DNA of 64,000 bases, taken from the NCBI GenBank assembly GCA_009103225.1, contig RHPI01003788.1, forward strand, positions 88,839-152,838, read 5' to 3'. The position numbers were made by a program, and so were the translations under genes. Under the pieces are notes generated by a model. The model saw only the letters and a list, made by a program, of their open reading frames with translations, was not told the origin of the DNA and ran no database searches. The stretch is from Chlorokybus atmophyticus (Eukaryota; Plantae; Mesostigma and Chlorokybus algae). Position 1 is the stretch's first letter; every line of letters starts with the position of its first letter. This document shows positions 50,900 to 63,050 of the stretch, piece after piece.

Positions 50900-52900
50900 C
50901 TGTATAGCTCCAAGTCAAGAAAGTACAGTCGCGCCTGGTAGTCTGTTAATCGATTTGGCTTTAGAATCGCGGCTGGAAGGTGTTGCGCAATCAAGGCCGT
51001 CAAGGACTGCGGCCGTCCATTGCTCCATGTATTCATCATAGAAGAAGTACAAATTCTTGGTCCTATATTGTTATAGAGTCTCTACGCATATGCTTCTGCC
51101 ATACTTCAGATACCAAGGTTATCAACATCATGTTGAGAATGCATAGTTTGCATTTGTGCATATACTATGTAGTACGCACGCGTGCCGACGTGTGCATGCA
51201 TGCAATGCATGTGCACGCGCAGTGCGTGTCTGATGTCATGCCAATGTGGCACATATTGCATGTGTGCGTGTGGCTCACTGCGTGTGTACGCGTGTATTAT
51301 GCAAGGGGTCTGTGTGTGTCTGCGTGCCTGCCTGTGCGCCTGAAAGGGTGCGTGCACGTGTGCACGAATGTGTTAAAGCTTTGTGCCAAGAAGGAGTGAT
51401 GTTGGGTGGCAGATGATAATCAATGTTATGTACAAGCTAGATTATCTTATAAACGTAATTGTGTCTGGCATTGTCGTACGCTGTGATTGTAAAGTCACAC
51501 ACATACGCTGCTGCATGCGCTCGCTCGGGGGACCCTGTAAACACGATAGCCACAGCATTGCAAAGCTCGCGCACTTTATATTTTACCGCTTTCACACCCA
51601 GCAGATGCGCAATCTCAACCGCAATATCCTCTTGGCCGCTCCAAAGGGTTTCGAATATCACATTGTCGTGCGAATAGCTGAACAGCACGGCCTGGTCTCG
51701 GCTTCTCAAGTTGGTTGCAAGCAAATTGGAATGCGGTGTTGCGTCCAACATGCCTTTCACGGGCATAGCGAGGCGTACAACAACATTAATTTATTCCTCG
51801 CTGCCAGCTGGCACGCATTCGCAAACCTGTTGAATTACAGCGCTGTTGAAGTCGGGCTGAAGTTTACAAGGGACCATCATGGGCGAGATTACTATGCCAG
51901 CTGGAAGATGCCAGAAGCTCAAGCGCGCCCCTTCATGAGGGGTATCCTTTTAGCAGGATGGGACTAGTTTGTAGCAATAGCAAAGAGTGCATTGCAAGTG
52001 ACAAGCGAGCACCAAGCAATGACTGGTTTCCAAGCCACATACAGTATTTGCTGATTGCACGTTATAACTTGCCTGGTTCTGATTGGCGTTTTGCTCTTGC
52101 TTGACATTGGCTTCGACAAGCACATGTCGACCTGTGCTGGTCTCGCTGCTATCACTAGAGTCGTCTCCTACAAGCACCAACAGTTGGTCAGTGCACACGC
52201 ATGCAGGCAAGCATGCCTGGACAACTTGAACTACACACGACAACACACGCACGCACACACGTATGTGCGCGCAGGCGCACAGCATTCTGCAATGACAGCA
52301 CGGGTAACTGCACTCGTTTCTTCCTGACTGCGCACAAGCACCAAGCAAGCGACAACCAGGCCAAGAACGGCACGCCATCCAAAACATTACGTACTTTGCG
52401 AATGAGCGCACTGTAGCCGCAATTGTCGCAGCGGAGTCTTAAGTCGAGTTCCCAGCACACTGGCTGGCAGCTTCTGGTGATCTTGCACACTGTTACACAA
52501 ACGCATACCGTCAAACATGTTGTGGTAGCTGACAAAAGACTGTTGCACAAGTCAACAGTGCTTGCAACCTGACATACAGATCGACACACAGGCTTTTGGC
52601 ATTCTCACCACCTGACATGCGTACGCGGTTGCTGCCTTTGTAAGCGGCTGCTGCCATGGGCGCAACCGCTCCAGTGCAATGTGTCCCAGCTGCGGTGTGT
52701 TGACAGCCGCCTAAGCGTTGCGACCTTGATTCAGCCAACACATCTTCACTGGCATGCGCAAATGCATGCTGCCATTGCGTGTCCGACAGCACACAAGATG
52801 TTTCACTTGTGTGCCTGTTTGGCTTACCTGAGTCCACAAGCTGTTGACGCCGCAGCTATAACAACATCCAAGAATTGAGCGACACGGCTAAGAGTCCTGC
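50900..52900 (-). pseudogene. Family-1 copy I (in-frame stop in core)
   Basis: FWHLPAG..PCKLQPDFN..PAGSEE* then VKGMLD..RDQAVLF..FTGSPERAHAAAY; 5' exons recognisable at 52050-52830. Confidence 0.8.
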
Positions 52901-53429
52901 TGACGAAATGCGCTGTCATTTGACAGAGAGTTGTATTAGAACTATGTAAACTTGTGGCGCAAGGCTTAGGCAAAGCATGCGACTTGTGGCAGCTGTCAGC
53001 CTGAAGCTTGCAAGGACAAATGCTTGCATAACGAAGATGCCAGCCGTATTGCAGCACAAACAGCGACGCACAAGCGCTAAATTTGGCAAGCAAGCAAGTT
53101 ACTTCTGAGCGTTAATCAATGGCACGTGTTAGCAGCAGTGTGTTTGTGCCAAGAGACCATGTAGTCAACGAGAGTGTCTCCTGAACCAGCAATGTTGTAG
53201 CCGTGCTTAAGCAAGCATGCTTGCTTACACAGACATGGAGATAGCGAGCGGCTGCAACACACACTGCGCCTGCTGCTTGCAACCTTACAGCCTACACTCT
53301 CAGTGCCTGTTGTGGCCTGGCTGCAGCTGATAGCTAGCTAGCCACGCCAAGCCCGCAGCTTGCGGTTGAACAAGCGCTTTCTCCTCATCACTCAGCCGTC
53401 ATAGCACAAAGAGTCTACGAGGGCCCCTC

Positions 53430-53650
53430 TGTCCTGACCCACCTGTCCGCGGACGCCGGACAGGTGGGTCAGGACGAAGCGCAGCAATAAGCAGCAGCAG
53501 CGCCTGCATTGCGGATAGGCACAGAAGCTGAGACAGCAGTCTGCAGCGGATATCAACATACATGTGCAACGATATCGGCGGGTTAGAAGGGGGACCTTGG
53601 GAGAACCGACCGACTTGTCAGCCAGCGTCGGTGATATCGACAGGACCTGC
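53430..53650 (-). repeat. Central element copy between copy I (minus) and chimeric copy J (plus)
   Basis: cctgacccacctgtccgc..gcagcagcagcgcctgcattgcggataggcac plus three GATATC boxes (about 53549, 53571, 53634). Confidence 0.7.
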
Positions 53651-54315
53651 GCTTGTTAATCAGACTGCAGCTCTCTCTGTTACAGGCAGCTGCCGTCAGG
53701 GCGGCGGCGGTGGCAGCGGCGAAGGAGGTGGAGAACGACAAGCGAGAGCAGAGGGAGGAGGACCAGACGCTGATTGTCTACAATCCTGAGGTTTGTATAC
53801 TGAATAAGCTGCCTCGGCTCGGTCTGCTGGTGGCTTTGTTCGCCAGACGAAATGGCGGCTTGCATTGTGGATGGTCTGCTTTGAAAGTGATCTTGTTTGT
53901 TGCGATAGGCTGGCCACTCATTGAGCCGGAATTTCGGTTGAAACAGCTTCATGAGCCTGCAGCTGGCTTAACGCCTCAGATGACATGCATTCAAGTTGAT
54001 TGCATGATCAGCCCCGAATGCTGTAGCAGCATGACTTAAGAAAGCGCGAGCTAACAGCTGCAGTTGAAAGCTGTTGCAAGTCGAGTGCAGGCAAAGGCTG
54101 GCTTCAGCTTATGCATTTTAGTTGGTGTGACTATCAAACTCGTGCGTTGAGTGTAACCGGTCTGAAAGTGTGATTGTGTGTGCACACATGACGTTCTACA
54201 TGGCGTTGAATAGCCACTGCCAGCATGTCTGACATGCTGTTGCTTGCCTCATAACTGCATGGTGACTACGCAGAGTCAGCTGTGGCAGCAGGCAACTTTC
54301 TGTCACCCACTAGTC

Positions 54316-56059
54316 ATGGCGTTGGCCGCAGCGACAAGCCTGCACAGCACAGGGGTGACAAGAAGGTTTTCTGCTAACTCTACTGCTGCTCCGCATCGCC
54401 GTGCTGCTGCTGCTGGACCGTCATGCTGGAGCCGTGGGTATAGAAGGAGCACTGCTTGCTGCTCTGGAGGCAGCCAAAAAGATGACAGCGGTGAGTGCGT
54501 GTGTGCAAGCGTACGCATGTGTGCGTGCACGCACAGACAAGCACACTCAATTCAGAACAACTTGACACTGATGGCGTTATTGCTATTGTTATCCGCAGCC
54601 ATGCCAGCCTGGTTCAAACCCGCAAACGAGAAGCTCAACCAACTGACTGTCGACATTGGGTCCATGGAGGCGTATATAATGCCCATCGCTTCAAGAAAGT
54701 CAGGTCGATCGCACGCGTGCAGATGTCCAAGCATGCCTGTCCGCGTGTGTGCTTTCTTGTGCACTTATCAACTGTTGTGGTTTGTAGATGATACCTCAAG
54801 TGACACTGGCCTCGCTACCGTAGTGACTGGCAACGAGGCCAGCACCAATACGCTTGTTCAAGGAGACAGTACCGGCAAGTCAGAGCACAATCCCAATCAG
54901 AACCAGGCAAGTTGTGCATGCAATTGCCAGTAGCCTGTGCTGCCTGAGGAGACCACTGCTTCCTCTGTCTTGACTAACATAGGCATCTTCGCCATGTCTC
55001 AATGTTGAGACGCGGGAGGGTTAACCCTCCCGTCCTCTCAGGTCGATGCGCCTCATGGAGGAGATGGCGAGCGCTTGTGGGAGCTTCCAGCTGGGAAACC
55101 AGTCTCAGCCTTATTGGTGCCGTGCAAACTCGAACCCGGTTTTAGCACCGCTTTGATTCAGCGGGTGTGCGGCATAGTGCCAGCTGGCAGCGAGGAGCAG
55201 GCCAGCGTTGTCGTGCGCTACGCTCTGCGCGTTAAAGACATGCTGGACGCAGAACCGCAACCCAACATACGTGCAACCGCAACGACGAAGCGAGATCAGG
55301 CCCTGCTGTTCGGTTACTCTTCTGACCATAGTCTATACAGTGACCTTCGTAGCAGGGAACGGACCATTGCGGTTGGGATCGCACGCCTCCTGGGTGTGCA
55401 AGCGAAGATGTATGAAGTGCGAGAGCTTGGCAATGCCCCGACAATTGTGTTCACGGGAACTCCCGAGCGAGCGCATGCAGCAGCGTATGTGTGCGGCTTT
55501 GCAATAACAGCATACGGCAATGCCAAGTTCAACTACCGCGGGGTGAGTTCACTGAGTGACATTTGATAATCAATGTTACCCAGTGGCAGGTTGATGATCT
55601 GCCACCAAGTACCAACGTAATCTTCTTTGTTTGCGCCTGGAGTTTAGAACGCATGCGAGCATGCACAGGCACACACACATACGCACCTTGCATGCTTATA
55701 ATGCACACACCTGCATGAAAGCACAGCCTGTGCCCTGCGCATGATTCGTGAAATGTGTCACGTATGCATACGTGCATCAGATTCACGCACGCACGCACAC
55801 ACACGTGCACGAACATATGTTGACCAACAACTTGTGTGTGTCTCATGCATGGCAGACCGGTTGGCGTAAAGTCTTTGTGCCAGTTGGAACATCAAAGTTA
55901 CACTTCTCTATCAAGGAGACACTTGATGATTACTTGGAGCAATGGACGGACGCAGTCTTTCACGACCTCAACATCAGTAGACCTTCAGACCGCGACATGG
56001 AATTGAAACCACTTGACAGATTACCGGGCGCTCCTGTGCTTCCCTTGTTTGGAGCGTAG
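54316..56059 (+). CDS. Chimeric copy J: family-2 5' exons fused in frame to family-1 3' exons; exons 54316-54490, 54599-54703, 54788-54906, 55042-55542, 55856-56059 (367 aa)
   Basis: Phases 1,1,0(GC donor),0 are all compatible, 1104 nt total, no stop. N-terminus MALAAATSLHSTG..TACCSGGSQKDDS/AMPAWFKPANEKLNQL is family 2; DDTSSD linker, LWELPAG core and ..LPGAPVLPLFGA* end are family 1. The start codon is uncertain. Confidence 0.65.
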
Positions 56060-58149
56060 AGCACAACAAGTCGCCCTTGGCTGACCACAAGCTCTTGTTT
56101 TTTTAGCTTTTCAGTGTATTGTACTTTGACTGAATTATCTCTTGGTAGTCGCTACTGACGATCACCAGCACCAGCAGTATTCGGACAACTGTGACAGCGT
56201 GAAGCCACCACTTGAAGTTCAAGTGGTGGCTTGCAATTTATCATGGGAATTCACACACGCGTAACTGGTTCTGTTACAGTACAACGTTACAGCTCAACTC
56301 GGGCACGTGTGTGTGACCACCTCATGCATAGCGTTGCTTTGAATGACTCGATGTAATCAGCCATGGCTGTGTCGTTAAGCAAGCACTGCTTGATTGCTCA
56401 GATAGCCTCCACAGGAGGAGTTGTATGGCTACAAATGGCTTATCCGGTCTGTCTATGGTGCGTGCATACATAGCAAACAGCAGCCTTACAGTGGCCTGCT
56501 AGGCCGAGGCCCAGACACAGCAAGCGACCTCTGTGTGCAACATTCCACTTGCCGCTGCAAGTGGCAGAGACAAGAGACACCAATTGGATTGAAAGCCGGT
56601 TGGTCTACGCAGACTCAGTATTCAGTACCTGCATACACACACACTTCCACTGCCTGAGTCTTGTCGCTAGCTCCACCACTACATAAGTACCGTAGCTACG
56701 CAGCTCGCTGTCAGGTGCGTCAACTAAGTCGCTTGACAAGCAGAGAACTCCCGTCAAGTAGCGTCTCCCCGTCCTGACCATCACGCACGCCGCCGACACC
56801 GACGCCAGTGACAAGGCGTGTTACGTGCATCAGTCGCTCCCTTACAACAAGTAGGCCTATCATAGGCTTAAACCCTTTGCACGAGTCCAGTATAGAAGCC
56901 AGTACCCGCCATGTCGTCTGGACCCCTCTCGTTATGTGTGCTACCGTAGTGGCCGTGGCGGGGGTCGAGGACGAGGAGGAGAGGGAAAAGCGAGAGGACA
57001 GCCATTGCCAAAGCTGAAGGGGCGGATTGCTGAAAGGCAATGTCTGTCACAATAGCGAGGTCCACTGTGGGTTGGTGCCCTGGTAGCTGCCCTCTGAAAA
57101 GGGCTTGGCCAGCTCAACCGCATCCAGATTGGTTGATATGAGGGCGCAAAAAAGGCACATGCATAGCATGTGCTCTTTCTTTCTTGAAGTTGTTGTACTT
57201 GTTTCTTGTTGCAATTTGGTCTTCCGCTGCAAGCATGCCCGCACTTGCTGTGGCTGCAATGTGAGTACACTACAGCAACGGGAGGTGGAGTTGTGATGCA
57301 ACGCCTTGTTGGAACAGCAGGCATTGGGAGAATACATGCAATGAACACCAATGATGCTTAATAAACGCTTGTCAACAGTGTTGAATGCACATTTGCGCAC
57401 CCTTGCAGGCAGGCGGGCACGCAGACACACAGCCTACTCAATTCTGTACGCAGACACCTTGCATGCACAATACACGCGTTGAGCAACACGTGCACCGGCA
57501 CGTATGCACCAAGCGACATGTCGTACACGCTCATACGGACGCAATGCAGTGCATTTGCGTATGAGCGTTAACGACTTATCATAATGCTGGCATGCACAAC
57601 TGTACTTTAAATGCATGTGCACGTGGACATGCGCATCCACACACGGATGTTTATTGTACATGCACTTGCCAGAGACAGGCCCAGACACACTACTAGCCTT
57701 TAGACTGAAAGTAATGAAGTACTGTAGCCCGGTGGTCAACATGAACTTATATTGAAGGTTGGCGTGTGCTGCTCTTGCTTGCATGTTGGTTTTCAATGCA
57801 TGCGCACTTGTATCACGCATTTACTATACAAAACATGCAGGCATTCAAGCCCTGTGGCGGCTGTGGCGGCTCCGAGCAACCAAACAGCAACGATAACACT
57901 GTCATTGCTGCTTTCCAAAAAGTGTTTACAGCAAGGCTCAGCCAGTGTGCTGCGGATTGGTCGCACATCCCTTGATCTCGTTGTCGCTGTAGCACAGCCG
58001 CAAAGACACAAGCTATGTACCATGCTTTATCCAAGGAAACCACCACGGCTGCTGCTCACAACCACTGGAAGCGCTCACAGCTACTACTACTTCTGGTGGC
58101 TGGCCTGTTGTGTGTCAGGTTTGTTTCGCACTAGCTTGCAACCCAAGTG

Positions 58150-59230
58150 GCTGGCCTGATCCTCAATGCCATCTGGCACGCAGTCACAAACCCGCTGAAC
58201 CAGATCGGTATTGAAATTGGGTTCGGGTTCGCATGGGACCATCACGGCTGAAATGGGAACGCCAGCTGGAAGCTGCCACAAGCGCTCACCAGCCCCTGCC
58301 TGAGGCGCATCAGCCTGAGAGGACGGGAGGGTTCAGCCATAGTGGGAGGGTTCAGCCATGGCGCAGATGCCTAGGTTGACTAAGCTGGCAGAATATTTGA
58401 ACGCAGCACATGCTACTTGCACCAGTCGCATAGCTGAACTTGCCTGGTTCGAATTTGAGTTTTGCTTTTGCTTGCCGTGAACAAGCGCGGGTTGGCCCGT
58501 GGTGCTTTTACTTGAGTCGTCGTCTACAACTGGAAACAGTTAGCCCGTGCATAAGCACACATGCTTATACCCGTGCGTGCGAGTTCACACAAGCGCGTGA
58601 ACACACACGCGCACACACACAACACTCAGCAAACGACGGCATGGGTAACAACACGAAGTTTTCAGTTGGCATGCTGCATACAGGCATACAAGCAAGCAAG
58701 TTTGCAATAAAAGCCTGGTCCATAGAACACTGCTGCGTACTTTACACATGAGCGCAAAGCGGCTGCATATGTCGCAGCCGAGTCTTGAGTCGGGTTCCAA
58801 GCGAACAAGCCATCAGCTCCCTGCAAACTTGGACGCTGTGACACAATTACTCGTTAAAACACATCGTAACAGGTGAACACAGCTTGTGGCAAAACCAGAC
58901 AGCTATTTTGAGCTGAGTGAATACTACTCAACCGTTGAGCTGTATTTTCAGAAGCGTGTGTGACTTACGCTTCTGGCGCAAACCACCTGAAACGCTTTTG
59001 TGGTTGCCTATGTAAGCAACTGCTCTCAAGAGCGCAACTGCTCAATTGCATTCCGTCCGGCTACGGTGTGTTGGCAGCCGCCTGCACATTGCAGCTTTGC
59101 TTCAGTGGCATGCCCAAGTGCATACTGCCAGTGTTTGCTTACCTGAGTCCACATGCTGTTGACGCCTCGACTACAACAGCTTTCGTTGGGGGGGGAGTTG
59201 AGCGATGCATCAAAGAGTCCTTTCTCTGAA
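58150..59230 (-). pseudogene. Family-1 copy K (core truncated by a deletion that joins directly to the 3' flank)
   Basis: LWQLPAGVPISAVMVPCEPEPNFNTDLVQRVCDCVPDGIEDQAS then loss of homology; the conserved 3' flank block follows at about 58090-57800. Confidence 0.75.
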
Positions 59231-59324
59231 ATGCATGCTTATTTTAAAGTTTATCAAGGAGTGTTCAGAGCGAGTACAAATTATACAAGCTTGACAACGC
59301 TTGACAACGCAAAGAGAGTCTATG

Positions 59325-59520
59325 CCTCTCCTGACCCACCTGCCCGCTGACGCCGCCAGCGACGAGCGCAGAGACAAGCGCAGCAGCAGCGCCTGTGTTT
59401 GCGGATAGGCACAAAAGTTGAGAGGCTTGTAAGACATTCAGTGATATCCGCACATTCGAAAAGCAAATCTCGGAGAATGGACTGGTTTGTCAACCAGCCC
59501 CGGTGATATTAACAGGATCG
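59325..59520 (-). repeat. Central element copy between copy K (minus) and a family-2 5' fragment (plus)
   Basis: cctgacccacctgcccgctgacgccgccagcgacgagcgcagagacaagcgcagcagcagcgcctgtgtttgcggataggcac, then GATATC. Confidence 0.78.
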
Positions 59521-59559
59521 GCGTTTCAAGAAATTAAAAGTGCAGCTCTTTCCGTTGCA

Positions 59560-59770
59560 TGCAGCTGAAGTGAGGGCGGTGGCGTACGAGGAGAAGGAGG
59601 AGGAGGAGTTAATCTAAGCTTCGGCGGGCTTGCCGTCGCTTAGGAAGGGAGGCGCAGTTACTGCTACTGCCCCGCATCATTGTCGCCATGCTGCTCGCTT
59701 ATCATGCTGGAGCAGTGGGTATGAAACGAGCACTGCTTGGCGTTGGCGTGCAGGGAGAAGGCGCTTCTTG
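59560..59770 (+). pseudogene. Family-2 5' fragment
   Basis: GC-rich acidic block followed by TAPHHCRHAARLSCWSSGYETSTA, homologous to the first family-2 exon. Confidence 0.5.
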
Positions 59771-60609
59771 AACTGGAGTTCTGTCCTCTTGGCTCATGAC
59801 GTGGTTGACGTGCCCGCAAGGCTGCATAGCTACCGACGGTGGTGGAGCTACAGACAAGGCAGGCGGATTGTGTGAAAGCATACTGGACGTTGAATGTACA
59901 GAAGTATAAAGCGCAACATATGTACAGACGTCTCAACGCGTATAGCCAGCATGCAAGTGTGATGCATTGATAACGTCATCATGCCCACCACTCATCCAAT
60001 TACACTCTTCAATACATGTCCGTCGGTGTATAAGACATGTGAGGTGCAGTTGTGCATGCAAACTGCCAGCAATCATATTCTACTGTGTTGCAGTGCTTGA
60101 CACGCACACACACACTCTGAAGACCAGCTGGCTCTGAGAGTACTACTCTCCGTAGTACGGAGTAGTGACTTTTGCTGCATCACAGAGAACGCTTTCTGTT
60201 TTGGGCCCCAGCCTGCCAGGCCCTCTGTGAGGCTGTGTGTTGAGCATGCACCCACCGGAGATAGACCACGAAACACATCTGTAGGCATGCAGGCCCTGCT
60301 GTGGGTACGACCTCAGCAGTTGAGGAGCATCAACACTGACATTGCTGCTGCTGTGAACTCAGACCAAAAAGAGCTGTGCTGCGTGTGTCAAGCTGACACT
60401 TTGTCACATCCCACACATGTGTATGTCTTGTTTTCAAGCAAGCACCACCAGCTGCTGCTGATCACAGACACATGAAGCTTCTTACATCTACTTGTGGTAC
60501 TACTTTTGGTGGTGTCCAAGGCGACCCAGAGCAAAGTGTCGTTTGGAGGGTTCAGCTGAAAAGAACAGTTGAAAGTATGTTGTGGTGCAGGGGGACTTGT
60601 AGTGCAGCT

Positions 60610-62333
60610 TTATGCTCCGCCTAAGGGAAGCACTGCAGCGCCTGGTAACTCGTCAAGCGGTTTGACTTCCACTTCGCTGAGGGAAGGTCTAACAATATTG
60701 AGGCCTTCAAAAACTGCATCCGTCCATCGCTTCATGTAGTCTTCCACAGAGAAGTACAGTACTTTGGTCCCGACTGTCACAACATCTCTGTGGGTCTCCT
60801 TCCGTAATAGCTAAGACACAGAGTTTGTCAACATATGCATATGCGCGTGCAAGTGCGCGTGCTCCATTGCGTGCATGCAAGGTGTCTGTGTGTGTGCGTG
60901 TTTGTGAGCGCATGTGTATGTGTGCACGCATGTGCAATCAGCTTTGTGCAGGCGCAAATGGTATTTGTGAGGTGGCAGATGACACTGTGTACCAGCCAGC
61001 TTACCCTTGGTGTGCACAAGTTGAAGCTGGCATTGCTGTATACTGTGATCGCGCAGCCACACATGGCCGCCGCTGCATGCGCTCGTTCAGGAGATCCCTT
61101 GAACACGATTGCTGTGGCATTGCAAAGCTCTCGCACTGTATATATATCTGCTTTCACACCCAGCAGCCGTGCGATGCCAACTGCAATAGCCTTTTCGGTG
61201 TTATTAAGGAACTTGAGTATTTCATCGCCAGATGAACGATAGAACAGCAAGGCCTGGTCTCGCCTCCTTGACTCGTTTGCAAGCATGCTGGTATGTGGTT
61301 CTCCGTCCAATATATCTTTAACCTGCAGAACGGAGCGCAAGACAGCGCTGGCCTGCTCCTCTTTGCGACCTGGTACACCGTCCATGACTCGTTGAACCAA
61401 AGCGCTGTTGAAGTCGGGCTCGAGTTCGCACGGGACCATCACGGCTGAGATGTAATCGCCAGATGGAAGCTGCCACAAACGCTCGGCAGCCCGTGCTTGT
61501 AACGCATCAGTCTGAGAGGGCAAAGTTTAGCCAAAGTAAAATTTGCTTTTGTTGGTCAAGCTAGAAGCAGCAGTGGTGTCCTCGTTCAGCACATGCTACT
61601 AGCATCGATTCACGTCAACCTTGCCTGCTTCTGACTGGAGGTTTGCTCTTGCTTGCCACCGTTGGCTTGAACAACTTTGTGCTGATTCGTGCTGTCCTCG
61701 CCGCTGTCACTTGAGTCGTCATCTACAAACAGTAACAGGTCAGTGCCCACGCGCGCATGCACACGCGTGCTCACGCACGCCAACAGCATTCAGCAGTCAT
61801 ATCCTGCGCAATGACACTCGCAGTTTTCAATTGGCGTACTGCACAAGCAGGCAACCAGCGTTTAACAAACTTTTTCATTAAGGACAGTGCTGCGTACCTT
61901 GCGAAGGAGCGCAAACCGGCCGCAACTTTTGCAGCCAAGTCTTGAGTCGGTTTCTGAGCAAACAAGCCGTTAGCTTGCCAAATACTTGGACATTGTTGAA
62001 CACACAAACACATATTGCAAGAATCTGGTGTAGTGTCTGACCAAGCTTGCTGAACAACACGACAGTGCTTGCAAGGTGAAACACAATACGCACATGCTTC
62101 TGGTCACTGACCGTCACACCACCTGCCATGTTTATGCTGTTGCTGCAATCGCCTGTTTGCAAGTTGAGAGCGCAGGTGGATTGACTGCAACTCCTTCCCG
62201 GGCCGGCTGCGCAATGCAGCATTGCTTCAGCCAAGACTTCACTGATACTTGCTGCGAATGGGTATTGCTCGTGTAATTGTGCGTAAAGCCTTACCTGCCT
62301 CCACCTGGTTTTGCTGCCGCCTGAGCTAGACAT
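60610..62333 (-). CDS. Family-1 copy L, open spliced frame; exons 62333-61898, 61722-61625, 61511-61005, 60810-60610 (413 aa from ATG 62333)
   Basis: Phases 1,0(GC donor),0 are compatible, 1242 nt total, no stop. The consensus last-exon acceptor is mutated (cag to cgg) but an in-frame AG lies 9 nt upstream. Ends ..LPGAAVLPLGGA TAA. Confidence 0.68.
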
Positions 62334-62814
62334 AAAGGATCAAAGTCCATGGCTTAAGCCACACTGTTGCTCGGCCGCCGGACTGCTGTCGAACAACGAG
62401 TCCTGCGGATGAGACGCGTATGGCAAAGATTTTCAAATGGAATTACGGAAACACGGACGCCATACGCTGTACATGTGTCAATGCATGCAACATATTGTCT
62501 GCATGCTTGTCAGCAATCGCATGTTGCAGAAACATGAAAGTTGTCTGGCAATCTTTTTTTGTGTGCTGCAAGATCCGTGAGCAAACGGAGAGCCAGCAAG
62601 TTATCAGTCATGCACGAATAATTTGCCCAGCCAGGCAGTGCAACAGCATGCAGTAACGCAGCCTGCCTGCACTGCGCCTGCTGTGCCAGGCTGGTAGCTA
62701 GCTACCTTACTTACACAGCAAAGCGGCAGCTGCGTACCGCTGAAGCAGCGGCGCAAACTGGTCACGGGCTTCCCTCAGCTTACAAGCAAAGCTTGACAAG
62801 GCAGGAGCAACGTC

Positions 62815-63050
62815 CTTGCTGACCTGCTGCTGTCCGCCGACGCCGCCACCGGCGAGCGCAGCGATGCACAAGCATAAGCTTATGGCTTACGCATACAAGC
62901 CATAGCCGAGACATAGACATAAGTCTCGGCTTATAAGCTTGAGTCTCGGCTTATAAGCATAGGATCCGGCCATATCAGCTCAGGCTATATCAGCACACAA
63001 TAGAAGAGGCAAAACTGGGAGAACTGACCGCGATATCATCAGAACCGCGC
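62815..63050 (-). repeat. Central element copy between copy L (minus) and a family-2 gene running off the window (plus)
   Basis: ctgacctgctgctgtccgccgacgccgccaccggcgagcgcagcg, with GATATC near 63033. Confidence 0.65.

Noticed and set aside
54359-54490. Transmembrane helix plus coiled coil (LLLRIAVLLLL..LAALEAAKKMTA) at the family-2 N-terminus
   Set aside because: This is the +1 frame of a (GCT)n-rich exon. It has stops just upstream, and synonymous changes across copies plus the phase-1 splice favour the MALAAATSL..TACCS..KDDSG frame.
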